Shown here: positions 27,371 to 36,050 of the stretch, piece after piece
How positions within the stretch are numbered: the first letter of the stretch is position 1
Layout: each line of letters begins with the position of its first letter
Source of the DNA: Betaproteobacteria bacterium
Lineage (GTDB): Bacteria; Pseudomonadota; Gammaproteobacteria; Burkholderiales; SG8-39
NCBI GenBank assembly: GCA_005881575.1
Contig: VBCA01000005.1
Span: 12,322-76,321 of the forward strand
DNA: 64,000 nucleotides
Reading direction: 5' to 3'
Translations under genes and position numbers: made by a program
Notes under the pieces: generated by a model
What the model saw: the letters and a program-made list of their open reading frames with translations, nothing else
Told to the model about the DNA's origin: nothing
Database searches by the model: none

Positions 27371-29098
27371 TCAGGGCGAAACGACCACGACCCGGTCGTT
27401 GATCGCAGTGGGGACGCCCGATCGGTGTTCGAAGATCAGGTCTGCCGGCGTGGCATTCTGCCCTTCAAGATAGTTCGCGAGGGTCCCCGGGCGGGTCTGG
27501 CCGTCCAGCGCGCGGCCTGCAAAGATCAGGATCACCTGCTTGTTGTTGTTTGGGGCCGGGAGATTGTTTACCGTCAGGCAGGTGGTTCCCGCAGTGCAGG
27601 GGGGGCTGGGGCTGGCACCGGGTAGGTAATTCTGAGAGACCGCGTAGTAACTCTGGCGATACCACTGGTTCGAAGTGAACCAGGTGATATTTGGATTGGT
27701 AGGACTTGCGTTGGTAAGGCGCGGCAAATAGGACGGCGCGGGGAGAGGAACGGTGATCGTGACCCTGCCGATGGTGTCCCGTGCATTCTGCAGCCGCCCG
27801 GTGTAGGTGACCACACCTCTTCCGTCCGCCCGCGCCGCAAAGCTCAGTGTGGGCGGGTTGCGCGGACTAGTCGCGCTAAAGCCCTCACTCCATTGGCCGA
27901 ATGACGTGTTGACGAGCGGAGTGCCGTTCCGGTTGACCATCACTATAGTCGAATCGTTAGGGGCAACCATGGACGGGGTATCGGCAAACGCCAAGCTCGC
28001 GTTCGCCAGGAGAATCTCAAGCTTGATGTCAGGGCGAGCGTCGCTGTGGGCGATGTCGCCGCAGCAATAGTCAACCGTACAGGTCACGGTAAGCGGCGGC
28101 GGAGGCGAACTTATCGAGCAGATCGCAGGATTGGGGGAGATAGTATCTGGGGGAGACTTTATCGCCACATCGTAACTCCCCGTGCCCGACCCGACGATAT
28201 CCGTGACGGTAGCGCTCGCCCAAGTGAGCCACGCCGGATCGTTCGTCACGGGCAGCAAGCCCATCGTCTGATTTGACGCGCCCTGATAGGCGGACTGCGC
28301 GGTAGGCGGCGCGACAAACGGCATGGCAAATGGGTAGGCGCCCCATTTGCCGAAATAGTCCAGGAGGAGGGGTTTGACGTCGCGCTCGATCCGCGCGGCG
28401 ACGACCGGTTCGACCGCTGCCATCAGGTCGGCCTGTGTGATCACGACCAGGCGATCATTCGCCGTGTCAGAGGGCGTGGCAACGGTGCTGAACCCATAGT
28501 CGGGTGTACTCGGCGTGACTCCTTCTAGATAGGCAGCGGGATCGTTGTGCTGGGCTATCCGGTCTTGCCCCGAAAACGCCGCGCCGGGAGCAATAACGAC
28601 GGCGACCACATTGCTTGCAGGCGCTGCGCCAGTGACAGTGAGCAAGCCGGGAGTATCGCTATTGATGATGTTGGCCGCATTCTTGTAAAAGTTGGACGAA
28701 ACCGCGTACCATAAACGCTCTCCGCTTGCGTCTCTCAGATCTTCGCCGCCTATCGTCGCCCACGGCAAGCGACCGACGCGATCGGCGGCGGCAGAGCAGA
28801 TTCCCGGCGACGCACCGGTGTCGTTGTTGTCAGGGCAAGGCAGCCCACCGGGTTGGTTTGTCGTTTGCCCCTTGTACAACTGCCACTGCTCGTTGGCGGC
28901 GTACGCAATCAGCGCCGCCTTCGCTTTCCTCAGCGCGCTCATGCTGCGATCCTCGCGCTCGTTGGAGTTCCCGGCGCTGGTGAGGTTGAGGGCGCTGGCT
29001 ATAAGGAAGGCGCTGATCAAAGCGGCCAGGGCGAGGAGCGCGATCAACGCAAAGCCGCGCCGACCCGACGCCCTCTTACGCCATGCCCGGATCCTCAC
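27371..29098 (-). CDS. Large pilus-associated protein with an E5-less pseudopilin-like N-terminus (GspK/PilX-like; possible tip or adhesin subunit)
   Basis: 575 aa. The sequence RRG|FALIALLALAALISAFLIA has G/F but Ala at +5. It shares a Cys-containing module with the 322-aa pseudopilin. The GTG start overlaps the upstream stop (GTGA). Confidence 0.6.
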   Translation of the reverse strand: MRIRAWRKRASGRRGFALIALLALAALISAFLIASALNLTSAGNSNEREDRSMSALRKAKAALIAYAANEQWQLYKGQTTNQPGGLPCPDNNDTGASPGICSAAADRVGRLPWATIGGEDLRDASGERLWYAVSSNFYKNAANIINSDTPGLLTVTGAAPASNVVAVVIAPGAAFSGQDRIAQHNDPAAYLEGVTPSTPDYGFSTVATPSDTANDRLVVITQADLMAAVEPVVAARIERDVKPLLLDYFGKWGAYPFAMPFVAPPTAQSAYQGASNQTMGLLPVTNDPAWLTWASATVTDIVGSGTGSYDVAIKSPPDTISPNPAICSISSPPPPLTVTCTVDYCCGDIAHSDARPDIKLEILLANASLAFADTPSMVAPNDSTIVMVNRNGTPLVNTSFGQWSEGFSATSPRNPPTLSFAARADGRGVVTYTGRLQNARDTIGRVTITVPLPAPSYLPRLTNASPTNPNITWFTSNQWYRQSYYAVSQNYLPGASPSPPCTAGTTCLTVNNLPAPNNNKQVILIFAGRALDGQTRPGTLANYLEGQNATPADLIFEHRSGVPTAINDRVVVVSP

Positions 29099-29544
29099 GG
29101 CTTGCGCTCGCGTTCCTCGGAAGGAGTCGTGATTCTGCCGCTTGCGGCGGGATCTCTGATCTCGCCGCGGACCTTGTCGAGCGTCTGCCCGATCTTGAGG
29201 GTGACCGACGGCGCGCCCTCGCCGCCGGGCAGGGTCACCCGGGCCGGATCGAGGGGTTTCCTCGCGCTCTCCTGTGGAACCCCGTTGATCCAGGTCGTGC
29301 TCCGGCCCGAGGAGCGCGACACTTGGCCGTTGACCGTGACGGTGCTCTCGACGACGACCGCGGTTTCCTGGATGTTGGCCTGGCGGCGGCGGTCGAGGTC
29401 CTGGCGCTCCTGCTCGGTGAAGAAGAGGCGCCCGAGATTCTGCTGGGCGGCGACCTGCCCCGTCGCGACTCCGAGCAGAAATGTCACCGCGAAAAGGCGT
29501 CTCGCGAGTTTCACGTGCCTTCCGATGGTTAGTTTGCGTTGCAT
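29095..29544 (-). CDS. Small secreted protein of the pilus operon (MshK/PilP position), function unassigned
   Basis: 149 aa from the ATG at 29544, with a signal peptide (LFAVTFLLGVATGQVAAQQ). It lies between the PilO-like and pseudopilin genes. Confidence 0.5.
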   Translation of the reverse strand: MQRKLTIGRHVKLARRLFAVTFLLGVATGQVAAQQNLGRLFFTEQERQDLDRRRQANIQETAVVVESTVTVNGQVSRSSGRSTTWINGVPQESARKPLDPARVTLPGGEGAPSVTLKIGQTLDKVRGEIRDPAASGRITTPSEERERKP

Positions 29545-29552
29545 GCGTCGGC

Positions 29553-30167
29553 TCAAGCGGGCTTGAGCCCTCTGACCGAGATCAGGTCGACCTGGCACTC
29601 GGCCCGAAGGCGTGGTCGCAGCGTCGTCGTGCCCGGTGCCGCCCCGCGCTCTATCCGCGTCACGGTGCAATTCCGCACGGACACGTGCGCCTTGATGCCT
29701 GCCTGCAGGTCTGCCAGGAAATTCAGGAGATCCCCCTCGTGCAGCAGCAGCATGTCGAGTTTCAGCCTGCTCACCACAAAGTCGGCGCCGCCGGTTGGTA
29801 CCAGCCCGGGATAGTCGAGCGGTCTTTGGGCTTCGAAGTTGTACCTGATCTCGAAGAGCTTGCGATCGTTTTTGATCCTGGCGATCGATTCGATCCAGTC
29901 GAGGCGGCTCTGCTCGCCCACGACACCGCGTTGGCGCATCTGCTCGTAGTACACGAGATCATCGCGGATCTCGCGCTCTTCCTCCGAGACTCTTAGGACC
30001 CGTTCCTGGGCCGCCACGCGGGTCAGTCTGGTTGCGTCCTGCGCCGTTCTCGCCTCGTCCAGGTAGTATCCGCTGGCGATCAGGCTGGCTGCACCCAGCA
30101 CGAGCAGTATGATCGCCATAGCGAGCGGCATGCGCAGGCGCTTGAGGTCGTCGCGGGTGACGTTCAT
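29553..30167 (-). CDS. PilO/MshJ-like bitopic pilus assembly protein
   Basis: 204 aa with a single N-terminal TM (PLAMAIILLVLGAASLIASGYYL), a coiled-coil-like stretch and a C-terminal globular part. Its ATG overlaps the stop of the upstream PilM/N-like gene (ATGA). The assignment rests on architecture and position. Confidence 0.5.
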   Translation of the reverse strand: MNVTRDDLKRLRMPLAMAIILLVLGAASLIASGYYLDEARTAQDATRLTRVAAQERVLRVSEEEREIRDDLVYYEQMRQRGVVGEQSRLDWIESIARIKNDRKLFEIRYNFEAQRPLDYPGLVPTGGADFVVSRLKLDMLLLHEGDLLNFLADLQAGIKAHVSVRNCTVTRIERGAAPGTTTLRPRLRAECQVDLISVRGLKPA

Positions 30168-31738
30168 GTGCCGCGCCGCTTGACGACTACGACTGAGAAC
30201 TGCGGCACTTCCTCTCTCCTCGCCGCACCGATATCGCCGGCGAGGCTTTTTTCCGCGTTGATGTCGAACGGCAGCTGCGTGCGCGTCACTTCGGTGCCGG
30301 GCCGCCTGCGCAGCGCCTCGGTAAACTGGTTCACCAGCGCGGTCACGGCGCGGAAGTCCGAGGCCTGCTGCACGACGAGCTTGCCCGCAATCTCGGCGGT
30401 TTGGGTCTGAAACTCGGCGCCCGCGGCCTGTGCCTGCCCTGCCGGCGGGGCGGAAGGGGTCTTCGACGCCTCGCGGCCGGCTGCCGATTTCGCGCCGGCG
30501 CCGAACTCCCAATCGATCCTGTCGATTTCAATCTGGGGTAGAGCCGTTACCGCTTCGCTGATCTCGTTGAACATCCCGCCGGGCGAACCGCTCTGCCGCA
30601 GCAGCGCCCGGTAGTTCTTGACGACCGCTTTCAGGGTTTCGCTGGAGATCGGCGTCTTCGGGAAGCGCGTTTGCAGTCGAGCGTATTCCACGGAGGCGCG
30701 GGCTTCCTGTACGCGGTCATTGTGAGCCTGCTCGGAGACATGAAGGACATCAAGAAGTCTCACCGCCGAAACGAGCAGGCAAAAGGCGAACACCGCCGCC
30801 CCGGTGGCAAGCAGGGCCACGCGCGCGCGCCACAAATGATAGGAGCGCCGCAGGCGCTCGTCGGCATACTGTTCGCGGGACGGGTACGCGGCGAGGACGT
30901 GGAGAAACAGCCCCTCGGCGAGCGTCTCGGCGGGCACCGATTTGAGGCCCAGGCCGCTGCCCACCTTGTCGAGGTCGTGAACATGGAACTGCAGCCGGGC
31001 GGAATTGACGCAGGCCGCGTCGTAGAGCGCCTTGTGCCCGCTCGGCGCAAGCACGAGCACGTCGAGCGCAGGCGCCTCGCGCGGCAGAATACGGCTGTTG
31101 ACGAGATACTGCTGGATCCGCAGGGACTCGGCGGCGCAATCCTGGGCGATCACGCGGGGATCGGAGGAGTCCACGCGGCCGAGGCGCGAGAAGCGGATTC
31201 GGCCGTTTTCGATGTAGCTTTGCCGCAGTCCGGCGTGCTGCCGGCTCACCATCAGGTATCGCCCACCCTTGAAACCGAGTCGCTTCCCCATCTGAGCCGC
31301 GACGAGGGCCACTGAAAATACGCCGACCACGCAGGCATCGTTCGAGCGCAAGGCCTCGAGCCAGGGCTGGAACAGCTGCGTGTTGGTAAACGACATGTAG
31401 AGAATCCGTTCCTCGCGCCGGCCCGCGTGGGTCTCCGACCCGAGCGAAAGCGGGAGGGCGAGCGACGCGTCGCGGTAACGCTGGGCGAGCTTGCGCGCAA
31501 GCAGCGCGCGCCGGTCCGCGCCGCGCACGTAAGGTATGTTCTCCTGAAAGAAGTCTTCCTCGACCATGTCGGCGAGCAAGTAGAAAAGACTTCCCGGGGC
31601 GCCGGCCGCGTATCTGGAGAACTCGGCGACGCCTTTCTCGTTCATGTCGAAAACGCCTTCCCTGTGCAGCTCGCCCTTGGTCCATAGATAGGCGGTGACT
31701 CTCTGGGAAGTGAGGTAACAGAGACGTTTGCTCGGCAC
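30164..31738 (-). CDS. MshI-like (PilM/PilN-type fusion) pilus assembly protein
   Basis: 524 aa. It has a ~300-aa cytoplasmic domain, one TM (VALLATGAAVFAFCLLVSAV) and a ~200-aa periplasmic part. It lies immediately downstream of the GspF homologue. Confidence 0.5.
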   Translation of the reverse strand: MPSKRLCYLTSQRVTAYLWTKGELHREGVFDMNEKGVAEFSRYAAGAPGSLFYLLADMVEEDFFQENIPYVRGADRRALLARKLAQRYRDASLALPLSLGSETHAGRREERILYMSFTNTQLFQPWLEALRSNDACVVGVFSVALVAAQMGKRLGFKGGRYLMVSRQHAGLRQSYIENGRIRFSRLGRVDSSDPRVIAQDCAAESLRIQQYLVNSRILPREAPALDVLVLAPSGHKALYDAACVNSARLQFHVHDLDKVGSGLGLKSVPAETLAEGLFLHVLAAYPSREQYADERLRRSYHLWRARVALLATGAAVFAFCLLVSAVRLLDVLHVSEQAHNDRVQEARASVEYARLQTRFPKTPISSETLKAVVKNYRALLRQSGSPGGMFNEISEAVTALPQIEIDRIDWEFGAGAKSAAGREASKTPSAPPAGQAQAAGAEFQTQTAEIAGKLVVQQASDFRAVTALVNQFTEALRRRPGTEVTRTQLPFDINAEKSLAGDIGAARREEVPQFSVVVVKRRGT

Positions 31739-31743
31739 GGCGT

Positions 31744-32949
31744 CTATACCTTGATCTTGCTGATGACGTCGTAAATCGGCCCGAGAACGGAGAGCATCAC
31801 CCAGCCGAGAATGACGCCGAGGACTACCGTCAGAGCCGGCTCGATGATCACTTGAATCTTACCGATCGATTCGCGCACTTCTCGGTTGTAGAAATAGGAC
31901 ACATTGAGCAGCGCCTTGTCGAGTGCGCCGGTCGCCTCGCCCACCCGGAGCATTCTCACGACGAGCGGCGGGAAAAGCCCCACCTCCTGGAACGCTGCGG
32001 TGACGTTCTTGCCCTCGCCGATCTGCTGTCCCGCGAGTCTCAAGCCCTCCTGGATGACCATGTTGCCGGTGATTTCCTCGGAGCTGCGGATGGCATCGAG
32101 GATGGTGATCCCGGAGGAGTACATGAGAGCGAAGATGCTGGCGAAGCGAGACAGGATGATCTTGCGCATGATCTCGCCCGCCACCGGGAGAGCGAGCTTG
32201 AAGCGATCGACCTGATAACGCACCAAGGGGTTCGCCCGAGCAGCCAGCTTGACGCCGACGAACAGGATCGCGGGGGCAGCCAGGAGAGCCCACCAGTAGC
32301 CTACGAAAAACGCCGAGACCTCGATCAAGACGCGCGTCTGCAGAGGGATCTGCTGCCCCATGTTCTTGATGAAGGTGACCATCTGCGGCACGAGGTAGAT
32401 CATCAGGAAGAAAGTCACCAGGATCACGATCGAACCGACGAACGCCGGGTAGAGGATGAGCTTCTTCATGTGCTCGGCCAGCTCGTCTTCCCATTTCAGG
32501 TTCTCGACGAGGCTTTTCAGCACGTCGGCGAGCCTTCCCGTGTCCTCACCGGCGCGGACGAGGCTCGTAAAAACCGGGTTGAAGATCTGCGGATACTGGG
32601 CGAGGCTCTGCGACAGCCGCAGGCCGCCTTGGATACTCTCGATGACTCCCGACATGACTTCGCGAAATCGGGCATTTTCGATGCTGTCGCGAAGGTCGAT
32701 CAGCGATTCGACGAGCGGTACCCCGGCCGCGATGAGCTGCTCCATGTGGAAGCAGAAGTTGATGAGCTCCGCGCGCTTGATTTCGCCCGAGCGAAGGAGG
32801 CTTCCGCCGTAACGAGTCGGCCCGCCCCGCACCAGGTCCAGCCCCATGCGCTTCAGACGCAGCTCGAGATCGACCAGATTGATCGCCTCGATCTGGCCGA
32901 GCATCGTCTTTCCCCGGGTATCTACGGCCTTGTAGGCAAAGAGTGCCAT
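31744..32949 (-). CDS. mshG: Type II secretion system F family platform protein (MshG/PilC-like)
   Basis: 401 aa with duplicated T2SSF domains and 3 TM regions (e.g. LILYPAFVGSIVILVTFFLMIYLVP, and the C-terminus EPALTVVLGVILGWVMLSVLGPIY). Confidence 0.85.
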   Translation of the reverse strand: MALFAYKAVDTRGKTMLGQIEAINLVDLELRLKRMGLDLVRGGPTRYGGSLLRSGEIKRAELINFCFHMEQLIAAGVPLVESLIDLRDSIENARFREVMSGVIESIQGGLRLSQSLAQYPQIFNPVFTSLVRAGEDTGRLADVLKSLVENLKWEDELAEHMKKLILYPAFVGSIVILVTFFLMIYLVPQMVTFIKNMGQQIPLQTRVLIEVSAFFVGYWWALLAAPAILFVGVKLAARANPLVRYQVDRFKLALPVAGEIMRKIILSRFASIFALMYSSGITILDAIRSSEEITGNMVIQEGLRLAGQQIGEGKNVTAAFQEVGLFPPLVVRMLRVGEATGALDKALLNVSYFYNREVRESIGKIQVIIEPALTVVLGVILGWVMLSVLGPIYDVISKIKV

Positions 32950-32982
32950 GTTCGATTGCGTCGGCCCTGCGCGGGCCCGCGC

Positions 32983-34710
32983 TTACATCCGGTCGGTGAG
33001 GTCGACCACGCGCATCAGCTCATCGAGCGCGGTCGACCCGTCGAGGACCCGGCGAACGCCGTCGTCGGCCAGCGTGCGAAAGCCCCTCGCCAAGGCCGAC
33101 TTCTGCAATTCCCGGCCGGTGGCGCGGTGCGCGATCAGCTCGTCGAGTTCACCGTCCATCTTCAGGATCTCGATGATGGCCATGCGACCCCGATAGCCCT
33201 GATACTCGCATTGGTCGCAGCCGACCGCGCGGTACAGGGTCGGTGGACGATCGGCCCGCGCTCCCACCATGCCGCACTCGCCAGGGTTCGCCTGATGAGC
33301 CTGCTTGCAATGCTTGCACAATTTGCGGACCAGGCGCTGCGCGACGATGCCGATGATGTTGCCGGCGAGGACGTCCGGGACGATGCCGATGTCGAGAAGC
33401 CGGGGAATCGCGCCGGCCGCCGAGTTGGTGTGGAGCGTCGAATAGACCTGATGTCCGGTCATCGCCGCGCGGAACGCCATGGTGGCCGTGTCCTCGTCGC
33501 GAATCTCGCCGACCAGGATCACATCGGGGTCCTGCCGCATGAGAGAACGGATGCCGTTGCCGAAATCCATCTTGGCGGCTTCGTTGATCGAGGTCTGCCG
33601 GATCAGCGTCATGGGATATTCGACCGGATCCTCCAGCGTCATGATGTTGAGGCCGTCGTTATTGATGTGATTGAGCACCGAGTAGAGCGTCGTCGTCTTG
33701 CCGCTGCCGGTGGGACCTGTGACCAGGATGATGCCTTCGGGCCGCGCGATCATTTTCTTGAGAAGCTGAAGCTGGGCCGCTTCGAGTCCCAGTCCGTCGA
33801 GCGGAACGATCCCTTTCTGCCGGTCGAGAATGCGCAGCACGATGTTCTCGCCGTGCGTGGTCGCTTGCGACGAGACGCGGAAATCGACCGCGCGGCCCGT
33901 TAGCATCAGCGAGATGCGCCCGTCCTGTGGGGCGCGTGTTTCGGCGATGTTCATCTTCGACATCACCTTGATGCGCACGGCCATCGCCGGCCAATACGTC
34001 TTGTGGAGGGACCTTATCTGGCGCAGCACCCCGTCGATGCGATAGCGGATGCGCAGAAAACTCTGCTCCGGCTCGAAGTGAATATCGGAGGCGCCCCGCT
34101 CGACGGCGTCCGCGAGGAGCGCCGAAATGAGGCGCACGACCGGTTGCGAATAGGCGTCGCCGGACGCCTGGAGGCTCTGGTAATCGATCTCGCCGGTCTC
34201 GATCTCGTGCAGGATCCCGTCGATCGAAAAATCGTGGCCGTAGTACTGGTCGATAGCCCGGCCGATCTCGCCCTCGCCAGCGAGCCGCATCTCGAGCGCG
34301 AACTCCCCGCGCAGCTGCGCCCGCACCTGGTCCAGCGCCACGATGTTGTTCGTGTCGGCAATCGCGATGATGAGCTTGCGCGCCTCGCGGTCGAGCGCGA
34401 CCGGGAAAATGGTGTGTCGCTTGGAGAATTCGCGCGGCACGAGCTTCAGGGCCATCGAGTCGACGACGATCTGCGTGAGGTCGACGCTCTGCAGGCCGAG
34501 TTTTTCGGACAAGGCGTCGCGCAGCGTGGCTTCGGACACGAAGCCCAGATTTACGAGGAGCTTTCCGACGGGCTGATGGGTCTTGAGCTGCTCGAGCAGC
34601 GCGATCCGCAGCTGATCCTCGGTGAGGATCCCCTGCGAGATCAAGATCTGCCCGATATGGCGCTTGGCCTGCGGCGAAATCGCCTGAGCGCTGAGGCGCG
34701 GGGAATTCAT
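32983..34710 (-). CDS. mshE: GspE/PilB-family assembly ATPase with an MshEN-type N-terminal domain
   Basis: 575 aa with Walker A GPTGSGKTT, Asp/His boxes, Walker B and a tetracysteine motif (C..C...C..C: CKHCKQ...GCDQCEYQGY). The N-terminus carries two MshEN-like 24-residue motifs. Confidence 0.9.
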   Translation of the reverse strand: MNSPRLSAQAISPQAKRHIGQILISQGILTEDQLRIALLEQLKTHQPVGKLLVNLGFVSEATLRDALSEKLGLQSVDLTQIVVDSMALKLVPREFSKRHTIFPVALDREARKLIIAIADTNNIVALDQVRAQLRGEFALEMRLAGEGEIGRAIDQYYGHDFSIDGILHEIETGEIDYQSLQASGDAYSQPVVRLISALLADAVERGASDIHFEPEQSFLRIRYRIDGVLRQIRSLHKTYWPAMAVRIKVMSKMNIAETRAPQDGRISLMLTGRAVDFRVSSQATTHGENIVLRILDRQKGIVPLDGLGLEAAQLQLLKKMIARPEGIILVTGPTGSGKTTTLYSVLNHINNDGLNIMTLEDPVEYPMTLIRQTSINEAAKMDFGNGIRSLMRQDPDVILVGEIRDEDTATMAFRAAMTGHQVYSTLHTNSAAGAIPRLLDIGIVPDVLAGNIIGIVAQRLVRKLCKHCKQAHQANPGECGMVGARADRPPTLYRAVGCDQCEYQGYRGRMAIIEILKMDGELDELIAHRATGRELQKSALARGFRTLADDGVRRVLDGSTALDELMRVVDLTDRM

Positions 34711-34718
34711 CGAGAGGG

Positions 34719-36050
34719 CTATTTACTCAGCTCCTGCACGCGCAGCCGCGCCCGGGCGGGGTCGAAGCTCGCCGCACGCCGGTCGGTCAGGGCAAGCGCG
34801 CGCTGGTAGAACTCGAGCGCGAGCTTTCCCTGGTGCAGCTGGTCGAGACTGACGGCGAGATTGAAGACGTAGTCGGCATTTTCCGGATCGACCGAATGAG
34901 CCTTGAAGTACGCCGCCTGCGCTTCGCTCCAGCGCGCCTGCTGCGCGTACTGGTTGCCGAGCGAGAAGTGAAGAAGCGCGGACTCGGGCTGGGTTGCGAT
35001 GAGGTTTTTCAAGCGGCTCTCCGAGGCCACCGGGTCGAGCTGGCCGCGCAGCGAAATGAGGCTCGCCGCGGCGTGGCTGTCGCGCGGATCCATCTCGAGC
35101 AACTTGAGATAACGCGCTTCGGCGGAGTTGAGCTGGCCGCTGCGCACATCGATCGCCGCGAGGCCGAGCAGCGCGTCGCGGTTGGTCGGCTCGCGCGCGA
35201 GCGCCCGCTGGTATGCGTCGCGGGCGGCGACGAGGTCGTTCCTCTGGAACGCCTGGTACCCCTGTTCGACCAGCGGATCGACGCCCAGCGTGGGGGCGTT
35301 GATCGCGATCGGCGCGAGCACCTCGCCTGCCCGCGGCGAAGCGGATACTGTCGATTCCGACGCGGATTCGGGCCGCACCGCCGAGGAAGCGAGCGTACCC
35401 GAGGCCGGTTGCGACCTCGGCCGCGGCGGACGCACCGGCTGTATCGGGGGAATTGTCGGCACTGCGGTGCGCGCCGGTGCCGGGACCGCGGCCTGCGGCG
35501 CCGGCGGAGGGGGCGCTGCATCGGGCTGGGAAGGTGTCGCGACGGGGGCGGACGCCACGGCGGGCGGCGCGGGTGCCGCGACCGGACGGGCTTGCAATTC
35601 CGCCGGAGGGACGGCGTACTTCGGGCGCATTTGCCACCATACATAGCCGACGTAGCACACTCCGACCACGGCAAGCGCCCCCAGAGTGAGATAAAACGGC
35701 CGACGCGGGTTGTAGTCCATCTCCTTCACCTGAAAGAGCTGTTGGGCTTGAGCTCGCTCAGACGTGCGTGCGAATTCGTTCATCGCAGGCATCGGCTGCG
35801 CCGCAGGCTCGAACCTGTGCTGTTCCTCCAGCGACAATTCGGGCCTTGCCGCGGCCGTCTCCGCGGCCTTCGTTTCCGACGAGGGCAAATCGTCGGTGAG
35901 GATCTCCAGCGGCTGCGAGATGTCGGGCAGCTTCTCCCGGGTGATCACCCCGGGTGCCGGCTCGGACTTGGGCTCCGGAGCGGGCGCCTCCGCTTTGGCG
36001 ACCTGCTTGGCGAGCTCGGCTTTTTTCAGCGCTTCGAGGAGCAGGCTCAT
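34719..36050 (-). CDS. GspB/ExeB-like N-terminus + Pro/Ala-rich linker + TPR protein (MshN-like)
   Basis: 443 aa. It has the MSLLLEALKKAE opening, one TM (FYLTLGALAVVGVCYVGYVWW), a long P/A-rich low-complexity region and C-terminal TPR repeats. Confidence 0.65.
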   Translation of the reverse strand: MSLLLEALKKAELAKQVAKAEAPAPEPKSEPAPGVITREKLPDISQPLEILTDDLPSSETKAAETAAARPELSLEEQHRFEPAAQPMPAMNEFARTSERAQAQQLFQVKEMDYNPRRPFYLTLGALAVVGVCYVGYVWWQMRPKYAVPPAELQARPVAAPAPPAVASAPVATPSQPDAAPPPPAPQAAVPAPARTAVPTIPPIQPVRPPRPRSQPASGTLASSAVRPESASESTVSASPRAGEVLAPIAINAPTLGVDPLVEQGYQAFQRNDLVAARDAYQRALAREPTNRDALLGLAAIDVRSGQLNSAEARYLKLLEMDPRDSHAAASLISLRGQLDPVASESRLKNLIATQPESALLHFSLGNQYAQQARWSEAQAAYFKAHSVDPENADYVFNLAVSLDQLHQGKLALEFYQRALALTDRRAASFDPARARLRVQELSK

